DNA of 64,000 bases from positions 160,001-224,000 of the forward strand of contig CAVWFS010000007.1 in the NCBI GenBank assembly GCA_963754315.1, written 5' to 3'. Shown in pieces: positions 11,157 through 19,285 of the stretch. Both the position numbers and the translations under genes were made by a program. Positions within the stretch are counted from its first letter, which is position 1; each line of letters opens with the position of its first letter. Origin of the DNA: an uncultured Candidatus Rokubacteria bacterium (GTDB taxonomy: Bacteria > Methylomirabilota > Methylomirabilia > Rokubacteriales > CSP1-6). Under the pieces are notes generated by a model. The model ran no database searches. It had not been told where the DNA came from and was given only the letters and a program-made list of their open reading frames with translations.

Positions 11157-13420
11157 GCGACCGGTGAGTCGACCTCTCGCTCGAAGTCGCATCCCTCGCG
11201 CACGCAGCGGCGGACGACTCGGCCACGCACCGGCCGCTCCGTGAGGAATGTCGCGCCGCACTTCGGGCACGCCTCGGTCACCGGCCGTTCCCAGATCGCG
11301 AACGTGCAGCCGGGATAGGCCGAGCAGCCGTAGAAGACTCGCCCCCGCTTGGTCCGGCGCGCTACCAGCTGCCCGCCGCACCCCGCCTGGGGACACGCGA
11401 TGCCAAGAGTCACCGGCTTCGTGGTCTTGCACTCGGGGTAGCCCGAGCAAGCCATGAACCTACCGTAGCGCCCCTCCTTGATGACCATGGGCTTGCCGCA
11501 CGTCGGGCAGATCTCGTCGGTGGGCTCTTCCAGGGCCCGTTCCTTGCCGCTGAGGTCGCGCGTGTAACGACACTCGGGATAGGCCGAGCACGCCAGGAAC
11601 TTTCCGAAACGGCCGCGCCGCTCCAGAAGGGGCTGCCCGCATTCGGGGCACGCTTCACCCGTCTCGGTGCCGACCTTGACGTTAGGCATCTCCTTCTCGG
11701 CACGCCGCAGGTCGGGTTCGAAGCGCGCGTAGAACTCCTTGATCGTGTCGACCCATGGACGGTCACCTTCCTCGATCCGGTCGAGGGAGTCCTCCATCTG
11801 GGCGGTGAACTCCACGTCCATGATTTCAGGGAAGAACGGCTTGAGGAGGTCGGTGACCTCCATCCCGAGCTCGGTGGGAAAGAGGGTGCGTCGCTCACGC
11901 CGCACGTAGCCGCGGTCGTTGATGATCGTGCCGAGAATGGAGGCGTAGGTGGAGGGCCTCCCGACCCCTAGCTCCTCCAGCGCCTTGACCAACGAGGCCT
12001 CTGTGTAGCGTGGAGGCGGCTGTGTGAAGTGCTGCTTGGGTTCGAGGCCGAGTGATTCGAGGACCTCGCCTTCGACGAGGGGCGGAATCGCGGCCTCCAA
12101 GTCAGCGTCCACCGGAGCCTCATCCTCGTCGCTCTCCACGTAGACGGCCATGAAACCCTTGAACTTGACGGTCTGGCCTTGCGCGCGAAAGAGAGCGATG
12201 GGGTCGGAGGTGGCATCGCCTCCCGTCGCCACGATATCGGCGGCCACCGTATCGTAGATGGCCGGCTGCATCTGGCTCGCCGTGAAGCGCTCCCAGATGA
12301 GTCGGTAGAGGGCGAGCTGGTCCTTGGTGAGGTGACGGGCCAGACGTCGCGGATCCCGCGCGACGTCTGCTGGACGGATGGCTTCGTGCGCCTCCTGGGC
12401 GCGCCCCCGAGAGCGGTAAGCGGGCGGGCTGTCAGGCAGATACTCCCCTCCGAAGCGCTTGGAGATCACCCCGCGCGCTTCCTCCTGCGCTTCCCGCGCA
12501 ACCTGCACGGAGTCGGTTCGCATATAGGTGATCAGTCCGACCGGCCCCTCACCGGCGACGTCGATACCCTCGTAGAGCTGCTGGGCGATGGTCATCGTCT
12601 TCTTCGCCCAGAAGCCGAGCTTGCGACCAGCTTCCTGCTGCAGGGTCGAGGTGATGAACGGTGGGGCCGGGAAGCGCCGCCGCTCCCCGCGGGTCACCGT
12701 GCGCACCACATAGCGCGCGCCTTCCAGGCGCGCCATCACGGAGCGTGTCGTCGCCTCGTCGGGCAGCGACGCCTTTTCCTCCCCGATCTCTTTGAGGGTG
12801 GCGACGAACTCTGGGGGCCGTTCGGCCCGCAGGCGTACATGGAGCGACCAGTATTCCTCGGGGCGGAAGGCCTCGATCTGGCGCTCGCGGTCTACGATCA
12901 GGCCCACCGCCACCGACTGCACCCGTCCAGCAGAGAGCCCCCGCTGAACCTTCTCCCAGAGCAGCGGCGAGAGGTTGTAGCCCACCAGGCGATCGAGCAC
13001 GCGCCGCGCCTGCTGAGCGTCGACCTTCTTGAGATCGATCTTGCCAGGATGCTGAAACGCGGCCTTGACGGCCCGCTCCGTGATCTCGTTGAAGGTGATG
13101 CGGAACACGTTCTTCTTCGCAAAGGGAAGCTCCTGGGCCAGATGCCAGCCGATGGCCTCTCCCTCGCGGTCTGGATCGGTGGCGACGTAGAGGGTGTCGG
13201 CCTTCTCCGCCACCTTCTTCAGCTCGTCCAGCACCTTCTTCTTGGTGGGCGAGATCACGTACTTGGGCTTGAAGCGCTTTTTGGGATCCACGCCGAGCTG
13301 GGACTTGGGCAGATCACGGACGTGACCCATCGAGGCCTTCACGACGTACTTCGAATCCAGATACTTCTGGATTGTCTTGACCTTTGTCGGCGACTCTACG
13401 ACGACCAGGGACCGCTTCAA
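11153..13420 (-). CDS. topA: DNA topoisomerase I with C-terminal zinc ribbons
   Basis: VVESPTK Toprim domain, ATDPDREGEAI, SAGRVQS, ITYMRTD and several CPxCG ribbons. TTG start follows an AAGGAGAGG SD. Confidence 0.97.
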   Translation of the reverse strand: MKRSLVVVESPTKVKTIQKYLDSKYVVKASMGHVRDLPKSQLGVDPKKRFKPKYVISPTKKKVLDELKKVAEKADTLYVATDPDREGEAIGWHLAQELPFAKKNVFRITFNEITERAVKAAFQHPGKIDLKKVDAQQARRVLDRLVGYNLSPLLWEKVQRGLSAGRVQSVAVGLIVDRERQIEAFRPEEYWSLHVRLRAERPPEFVATLKEIGEEKASLPDEATTRSVMARLEGARYVVRTVTRGERRRFPAPPFITSTLQQEAGRKLGFWAKKTMTIAQQLYEGIDVAGEGPVGLITYMRTDSVQVAREAQEEARGVISKRFGGEYLPDSPPAYRSRGRAQEAHEAIRPADVARDPRRLARHLTKDQLALYRLIWERFTASQMQPAIYDTVAADIVATGGDATSDPIALFRAQGQTVKFKGFMAVYVESDEDEAPVDADLEAAIPPLVEGEVLESLGLEPKQHFTQPPPRYTEASLVKALEELGVGRPSTYASILGTIINDRGYVRRERRTLFPTELGMEVTDLLKPFFPEIMDVEFTAQMEDSLDRIEEGDRPWVDTIKEFYARFEPDLRRAEKEMPNVKVGTETGEACPECGQPLLERRGRFGKFLACSAYPECRYTRDLSGKERALEEPTDEICPTCGKPMVIKEGRYGRFMACSGYPECKTTKPVTLGIACPQAGCGGQLVARRTKRGRVFYGCSAYPGCTFAIWERPVTEACPKCGATFLTERPVRGRVVRRCVREGCDFEREVDSPVA

Positions 13421-13440
13421 TCCTGACCTCTCCTTGCTCA

Positions 13441-14349
13441 CTATCTCGTCACCGCCCCAGCCGCGCCGGCAGGGGCCGGTGCGGCCACCCAACGCTGGCC
13501 CGGAAGCTGTCGGACCCAACCAGCGATCTCCAGATCCATCAAGGCCGCCGCCACCTGGGAGGCGCCCACCCCCTCTCCGATCAGCTCATCGATCTGCCTC
13601 GGCTCGCCCGTCGCCAGCAAGCTCAGCACGCGACCTGCCATGGTTCGATCCGACGGCGGGGACGATGCGCGAGGGCACGTCGAGGGGGCCCGCACGGCGC
13701 GACGCCAATGCTCCGGTAATTCTTGCACGACGTCCGCCCAACTCCTAACCAGTTTAGCACCCTCCTGGATCAGACGATGCGGCCCCAGGCTCATGGCGGA
13801 TGTGATTTTGCCTGGAACGGCAAATACTTCCCGCCCGAGATCGGCCGCCACACCGGCCGTGATGAGGGCCCCACTGCGCTCGTCGGCCTCCACCACGACG
13901 ACTCCTAGGGCCAGACCGGCCAGGGTTTGGTTCCGAAGCGGGAAACGCCAGGGTCGAGGCGTCGTACCCGGCGGGAACTGGGAGACGACGGCTCCCTGAC
14001 AGGCGATCTCCGCTGCGAGCCTGCGGTTCTCAGGTGGATAGATCACGTCGATACCGCTTCCGAGCACGGCAAGGGTTCGACCGCTGGCAGAGAGAGCCCC
14101 TCGATGCGCCGCACTATCGACACCGCGCGCGAGACCACTGACGATCGTGACTCCCCGTATGGCGAGCTCGGCCGCCAGGGTTTCCGCTACCTCAAGGCCA
14201 TAGGGTGTGGCCCGCCGTGATCCGACGATGGCGACCGCCAGACAATCTTCGGGTGTGACCGTTCCCCAGACGTACAGAGGCGGCGGAGACGGAACGGTGG
14301 CGAGGATTGCCGGGTACGTGCGATCGCCCGCGCGCAATGGGGTCATCAT
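13441..14349 (-). CDS. dprA: DNA-processing protein DprA (short form)
   Basis: AIVGSRRATPYG, VSGLARGVDSAAH, FPLRN, SGALITA; C-terminal winged helix. Confidence 0.93.
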   Translation of the reverse strand: MMTPLRAGDRTYPAILATVPSPPPLYVWGTVTPEDCLAVAIVGSRRATPYGLEVAETLAAELAIRGVTIVSGLARGVDSAAHRGALSASGRTLAVLGSGIDVIYPPENRRLAAEIACQGAVVSQFPPGTTPRPWRFPLRNQTLAGLALGVVVVEADERSGALITAGVAADLGREVFAVPGKITSAMSLGPHRLIQEGAKLVRSWADVVQELPEHWRRAVRAPSTCPRASSPPSDRTMAGRVLSLLATGEPRQIDELIGEGVGASQVAAALMDLEIAGWVRQLPGQRWVAAPAPAGAAGAVTR

Positions 14350-14437
14350 GGCGTCCGGAAGTATATCGGGGGTCAAGCGGTGCGGGAAGTTTCCGAACAG
14401 ATACACCGCGACGCACGGGCCGCGGCATCAAGGAAAA

Positions 14438-15649
14438 TCAGAGACGAAGTGGCGTAAGTGGCCTGAGGACAATCACCTCTACACGATCGCCTTTCTCAAG
14501 CCGTGCCTCCGGGGCCAGCACGGCCAGCCCATCGGCCAGCACCATGGATCGCAGGATACCCGAGCCCTGGTCGCCGGTAAGCTGAGCGGCATAGTGATCG
14601 CCCGCGGGACTGACGGCCACTCGCAGGTAGCCGCGTCGCGAGCCAGGATTGGCGATGGGCCCGCTTGCCCGGGCCAGAATTCGCGGCCGATCAAGCACCG
14701 AGTGGCCCATCATCTTTCGCAGGGTGGGCCTGACGAACAGCTCGAAGGTCACCATGGCCGACACGGGATTGCCGGGCAGCCCGAAGACCGGACGACCCCG
14801 CAAGGTCCCAAAGGTGATCGGCTTGCCAGGTCGCATAGAGACACGCCACAGGTGAAGTTCAGCCCCGAGCTTCTCGAGGGCTCCCTTGACGAGGTCCAGG
14901 TCGCCTACCGAGACACCTGCTGACGAGACGAGCAGGTCTGCAAACCGGGCAGCGTTCAACCGTTCCTCGATGGATTCGAGATGATCGGCAACGACCCCGA
15001 GATTGACCGCCTCGGCTCCCGCGTCCAGGGTTTGCGCCGTCAGCGAGTAGGTGTTGGTGTTCGGAATTTGTCCTGGACCTGGCTCATGTCCAAGATCGGC
15101 GAGCTCGGTACCTGTCGACAGGATGGCTACGCGAGGCCGACGGCCCACGCGAACCTGCGGCCACCCGAGGGTGGCCAGCAATCCAATCTCGGCGGGGCCG
15201 ATCACTCGGCCAGCGGTAAGCAGGGTCTCGCCGGGGCGAACGTCCTCGCCCCTGGGCCGAACGTAGGCGCCGGTCTCCACCGCCTGAGAAACGACGATCC
15301 GGTCGCCATCGACCTGGATGTCTTCTTGGGGAATAACTGCATCGGCTCCCGGAGGCATGGGTGCGCCCGTGAAGATCCTCACCGTTTCGCCGGGACGAAC
15401 CTCACGATCCGGCAGGGCGCCCGCCGCCACGCGCCCGACCACGGCCAGGCCAACACGCCCTCTCTCGGTGTCGGCGGCGCGGACGGCATAGCCATCCATG
15501 GACGAGTTGGGCCACGGGGGAATCTCGCGAGTCGAGACGACAGACTCGGCCAGCACCCGCCCCAGCGATTGGACAATGGGTACCCGCTCGGCGGGCAGGG
15601 CCCGCACTCGCCCGAGAATCTGCTCGAGAGCCTCCTCGACGCTCAGCAA
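14438..15649 (-). CDS. moeA: Molybdopterin molybdenumtransferase MoeA
   Basis: SSMDGYA, IFTGAPMP, STGTEL, SAGVSVGDLD, MRPGKP, GLPGNPVS. TTG start. Confidence 0.95.
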   Translation of the reverse strand: MLSVEEALEQILGRVRALPAERVPIVQSLGRVLAESVVSTREIPPWPNSSMDGYAVRAADTERGRVGLAVVGRVAAGALPDREVRPGETVRIFTGAPMPPGADAVIPQEDIQVDGDRIVVSQAVETGAYVRPRGEDVRPGETLLTAGRVIGPAEIGLLATLGWPQVRVGRRPRVAILSTGTELADLGHEPGPGQIPNTNTYSLTAQTLDAGAEAVNLGVVADHLESIEERLNAARFADLLVSSAGVSVGDLDLVKGALEKLGAELHLWRVSMRPGKPITFGTLRGRPVFGLPGNPVSAMVTFELFVRPTLRKMMGHSVLDRPRILARASGPIANPGSRRGYLRVAVSPAGDHYAAQLTGDQGSGILRSMVLADGLAVLAPEARLEKGDRVEVIVLRPLTPLRL

Positions 15650-15662
15650 GTTCGTCTATCTA

Positions 15663-15822
15663 ATGGGGGGCCCCGACATGGCCCCCCATACCCCCCACGT
15701 TCGGAGCGGCCCGGGGGACCCGGGACGCTCCTCTGATCTACGTTCGCCTTCTGGGGCCCCGACATGGCCCCCCATACCCCCCAACGTTCGGAGCGGCCCG
15801 GGGGACCCGGGACGCTCCTCTG
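15663..15822. repeat. Double-hairpin intergenic repeat, two tandem copies (family A)
   Basis: TGGGG(GG)CCCCGACATGGCCCCCCATACCCCCC(A)ACGTTCGGAGCGGCCCGGGGGACCCGGGACGCTCCTCTG at 15663-15735 and 15752-15822. Confidence 0.92.
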
Positions 15823-15861
15823 CTCTTGTGCTTCCCTTCTGTTGCTCACGTGGCTTCTATC

Positions 15862-16932
15862 TTAACGGAAGAACCAGCGTCGGCTCAGCAAGAACAGGCT
15901 CAGAAAGCCGAGGGTGATAGCAATGTCGCGAAGCCGGAAGGGTAAGCCCAGCTCCGAGGAGACGGCGGGGAACACCAGGAACACCCGCTCCAGGAAGATG
16001 GCCACCAGGCCCATCACCGCCACCACCACGAGCGGTGTGTGGCGCTGGGGGGGGCGACCGGTGAGGCGCACCAACAGATACGCGAACGGGATCAGCCAGC
16101 CCACGATCAGCACCACCCAGCCCAACGTCTGCCAGGGCTGCACGAAGACGCGCTTGATGAAGAAGCGGATCTCAATGGGCACATTGCCATACCAGATCAC
16201 GAGGTACTGCGACCAGAAGAAGTACATCCACATGATGGACATGGCGAACTGCAGTTTGGCCACGTCCTGGATGGCGGCGGGAGGAATGGCGATCTGCCCA
16301 CGCGCGTTGGCCTGCACGGAGAGGATCGACAGCAAGGCAAACCCCGTATACAGCGTGCTGACCGCGAAGTAGCCGCCGAAGAGCCCGCTGTACCACTTGG
16401 GGTCGATGGACATGATCAGATCGAAGCCCCACAGGCTCAGGGTGAGGAGCCACAGGATCAGCAGAACGACGGCCAAGGCATTGCGCCGTCCCCGTTCTCG
16501 GTCTGCATCGGCCGGTGCCGGATCGCGGAGGAGGGCCTTGACGAAGACGAAACACGTGATGAAGAGCAGGGCGGCCAGCACGACTGTCCGACCCCAGAAG
16601 AAGGGCGTGTTCAGCCAGAACGCCTTCACCGGTATGGGTGTGCGTACCCATCCGTAGAGCGTCGCCCGCCCCGCGAAGAGGACGAGGAGCAGCACGAAGG
16701 CCACCGGCAGGAATCCGGCGGTGGTGAGCGCGATGCGCCGTACGCCTAGTGACCATCGGGCCTCTGTGAGCTGCATCATGCTCGCGATGGCGGGACCCGT
16801 CACGGCCAGGCCCGACCAGAACACCACATTGACGAGATAGATCGACCAGGCGCCCGCCGGGTCAGCGGAGAAGACGCCGACGATGAACGCGAGGGCGCCG
16901 AGCGTGGCCAGCACACCCCACAGGACGGTCAT
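15862..16932 (-). CDS. actF: Alternative complex III membrane subunit ActF-like
   Basis: Multi-pass membrane protein with WLNTPFFWGR, FDLIMSIDPKWYSGLFG and WSQYLVIWYGNVP; last gene of the act cluster. Confidence 0.82.
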   Translation of the reverse strand: MTVLWGVLATLGALAFIVGVFSADPAGAWSIYLVNVVFWSGLAVTGPAIASMMQLTEARWSLGVRRIALTTAGFLPVAFVLLLVLFAGRATLYGWVRTPIPVKAFWLNTPFFWGRTVVLAALLFITCFVFVKALLRDPAPADADRERGRRNALAVVLLILWLLTLSLWGFDLIMSIDPKWYSGLFGGYFAVSTLYTGFALLSILSVQANARGQIAIPPAAIQDVAKLQFAMSIMWMYFFWSQYLVIWYGNVPIEIRFFIKRVFVQPWQTLGWVVLIVGWLIPFAYLLVRLTGRPPQRHTPLVVVAVMGLVAIFLERVFLVFPAVSSELGLPFRLRDIAITLGFLSLFLLSRRWFFR

Positions 16933-17435
16933 TTTCCGGCGAGCGCCCTCAGGTAGTTGACGATGTCCCAGGCCTCATGGGAGGAGAGTGCGTCGCCGTA
17001 GGACGGCATGACCGCCCCCCCCACCATGATGTAGCTGTGCCAGTAGCCGTCGGTGCGGGCCTTCTGGAACTCGACGTTGGTCAAGTCAGGTGGCGGAATG
17101 AACTTGACGGCCACGGGACCGGTCACGCCGCCCTTGGCCTCCGGCCCGTGGCAGGGCAGACAAAACGTTTGATAGCGCTCGCGTCCAACTGCGAGCGACA
17201 CCTCGGTAGGCTTGATAGGGTTCGGCACCTTGGCGGCGAGGTCCCGCTGCTCCCGGGAGTAGAGGAAAGCCCCGCCGCGGGGCACGCTGCCGAGGGGCAT
17301 CGGGAACACCCGTTCCCCCGGATTGATACGGGGCGAGTCGGTCATGTTGTTGGACCACCGCACGACGACGGCCGCTCCCATGAGGCCGCCCGCTCCGCCC
17401 AGCACCAAGAGAGCCAACATGAAGACGTACTTCAT
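16929..17435 (-). CDS. actE: Monoheme cytochrome c, ActE-like
   Basis: One CLPCH motif, distal Met in AVMPSYG, N-terminal hydrophobic anchor. Confidence 0.82.
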   Translation of the reverse strand: MKYVFMLALLVLGGAGGLMGAAVVVRWSNNMTDSPRINPGERVFPMPLGSVPRGGAFLYSREQRDLAAKVPNPIKPTEVSLAVGRERYQTFCLPCHGPEAKGGVTGPVAVKFIPPPDLTNVEFQKARTDGYWHSYIMVGGAVMPSYGDALSSHEAWDIVNYLRALAGK

Positions 17436-17436
17436 G

Positions 17437-17949
17437 TCAGGGCCGGACCTCCTCCGCGCCCGCCGTCCGCAGAATGTCCCGCACAGATCCCGCCCGCTCG
17501 GGCGCGCAATGCACAGCCACTCCGAAGCGGTCGTTCGTGAAGCGCGGATCGTAGGTGGGCGAGGGCTTGAAGCGCGGCAGGCGCCCGAGAACGACCATGC
17601 CGATGAGCGTCGCGATCCCCCCGAACAGAATGGTCAGCTCGAAGGCAATCACCACGTAGGGCGGGACCGACATCGGCTGCTTGCCGCCTACCGTGAGTCC
17701 CCACACCATCGACGACCACATGGTCAGAAAGAAACCAGACAGAGTCCCGGTGAGCGCACCGATGAGCGTGAACAGGCGCACCTTGCTCACGGGCCGGTCA
17801 CGCTCGATCACGTCCTCGATCTCGTGGACGGGAAGGGGCGTGTACACAGTCAAATCGTGATAGCCCTTGGCCTTCAGCTCCTCCAGCGCGCGCACGGTCG
17901 TGTCGACGTGCGCGAAGACGCCAAGGACGCTCTCAGTGGTGGCGGCCAT
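17437..17949 (-). CDS. actD: Alternative complex III subunit ActD (DUF3341-like)
   Basis: YTPLPVH, VGGKQP, AFELTILFG, YDPRFTNDRFG. Confidence 0.87.
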   Translation of the reverse strand: MAATTESVLGVFAHVDTTVRALEELKAKGYHDLTVYTPLPVHEIEDVIERDRPVSKVRLFTLIGALTGTLSGFFLTMWSSMVWGLTVGGKQPMSVPPYVVIAFELTILFGGIATLIGMVVLGRLPRFKPSPTYDPRFTNDRFGVAVHCAPERAGSVRDILRTAGAEEVRP

Positions 17950-19285
17950 GGCGTGTGTCCTTCATGGGAGCCGGGATCGTTTCCTTGACCTCGACGATCG
18001 AGACCGAAGGCATCAGCTTGATGAAGGCCAGGAAGAGAAGGAAGAACCAGGCGAAGCTTCCGATGACGATCATGGTGTCGGTCAGAGAGGGCACGTAGAT
18101 ACCCCATGCGTAGGGGTAGAAGCCGTGGGCGAGGGACGGCACGATGATGTTGAACCGCTCGAACCACATTCCGATGAGGACGAGAATGGACACCACGTAG
18201 AGAATCACCACGTTCGTCCGCGCCTTCTTCCAGAAGAGGATGAGGGGCGCGACACAGTTGCAGAAGTACATGAGCCATAGGGCCCACGCGTAGGTTTCCG
18301 TGATCCGCCAGAAGAGCGAGGCCTTCTCGAAATGATCGCCGCTGTACCAGGCGGTAAAGATCTCGCAGACGTAGAAGTAGGTCAGGACCAGGCTGGTCAC
18401 CAGGATGAGTTTGGCCACCGCGTCCAGATGGCGATCGGAGATGTAACGGTGCAGCTTGAAAAAGTGCCGCATGGGAAGGACCAGCACCACGACCATGGCA
18501 AAGCCAGAGAAGATGGCACCGTTGACGAAGAACGGGGCGAAGAGGGTGGAATGCCAACCCGGCACCAGAGCCATGGCGAAATCCCAGGACACCACGCTGT
18601 GCACGGACAGGACGAGGGGAGTCGCCAGAGCTGCGAAGAGCCCGTAGGCGCGCCGGTAGTGGCGCCACTGCGAATCCGCGCCCTCCCACCCGAGGGCGAG
18701 CATCCCGTAGATCCGTCGTCGCCACCCGGTGGCGTTGTCGCGCAAGGCGGCGATGTCGGGCACGAGACCGGTGATGAAGAAGACGGTGCTGATGCTGAGA
18801 TAGGTCGAAATGGCAAAGACGTCCCACACCAGGGGCGACTTGAAGTTAGGCCAGAGATAGCGTTGGTTGGCGTAGGGCAGCAGGAAATAGGCGAACCACA
18901 TGCGCCCGGCGTGGATGAGCGGGAACAGCCCCGCCGTGAGAACGGCGAAGATGGTCATGGCCTCCGAAGCGCGATAGATGGAGGTGCGCCACCTGGCCCG
19001 GAACAGGTAGAGGACGGCCGAGATCAGGGTTCCCGCGTGCCCGATCCCGATCCAGAACACGAAGGTCGTGATGTACATCGCCCACATCTGGGGTGTGCGC
19101 TTGCCCGCCGCGCCCATCCCGAACCAGATCTGGTATGTCCAGGCCAGGACGCCGCCGGTCAGGATGAGCACCACCACGCACATCCACGCGAAGTAGAGGT
19201 TCCCGGGCGGGCGAAGCGTCTGCTCGACATCACGATTGACGTCGGCATAGGTGGGGGCCACCGTTGCGTGAGGGACCACGCTCAC
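17933..19285 (-). CDS. actC: NrfD/PsrC-family quinol-interacting subunit ActC
   Basis: FVFWIGIGHAGTLISA, SPLVWDVFAISTY, LSVHSVVSWDFA, GMWFERF. GTG start overlaps the actB stop. Confidence 0.9.
   Translation of the reverse strand: MSVVPHATVAPTYADVNRDVEQTLRPPGNLYFAWMCVVVLILTGGVLAWTYQIWFGMGAAGKRTPQMWAMYITTFVFWIGIGHAGTLISAVLYLFRARWRTSIYRASEAMTIFAVLTAGLFPLIHAGRMWFAYFLLPYANQRYLWPNFKSPLVWDVFAISTYLSISTVFFITGLVPDIAALRDNATGWRRRIYGMLALGWEGADSQWRHYRRAYGLFAALATPLVLSVHSVVSWDFAMALVPGWHSTLFAPFFVNGAIFSGFAMVVVLVLPMRHFFKLHRYISDRHLDAVAKLILVTSLVLTYFYVCEIFTAWYSGDHFEKASLFWRITETYAWALWLMYFCNCVAPLILFWKKARTNVVILYVVSILVLIGMWFERFNIIVPSLAHGFYPYAWGIYVPSLTDTMIVIGSFAWFFLLFLAFIKLMPSVSIVEVKETIPAPMKDTRHGRHH

Noticed and set aside
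14380..14400. Imperfect palindrome upstream of dprA as an SOS or competence operator
   Set aside because: It is a single weak instance with no second copy noticed and no match to a consensus I can name confidently.
15663..15822. GC-rich tandem repeats (also 24817-25007 and 56379-56603) as CRISPR arrays
   Set aside because: Units are ~72 bp, occur only two at a time, have no series of unique spacers, and no cas genes are present.
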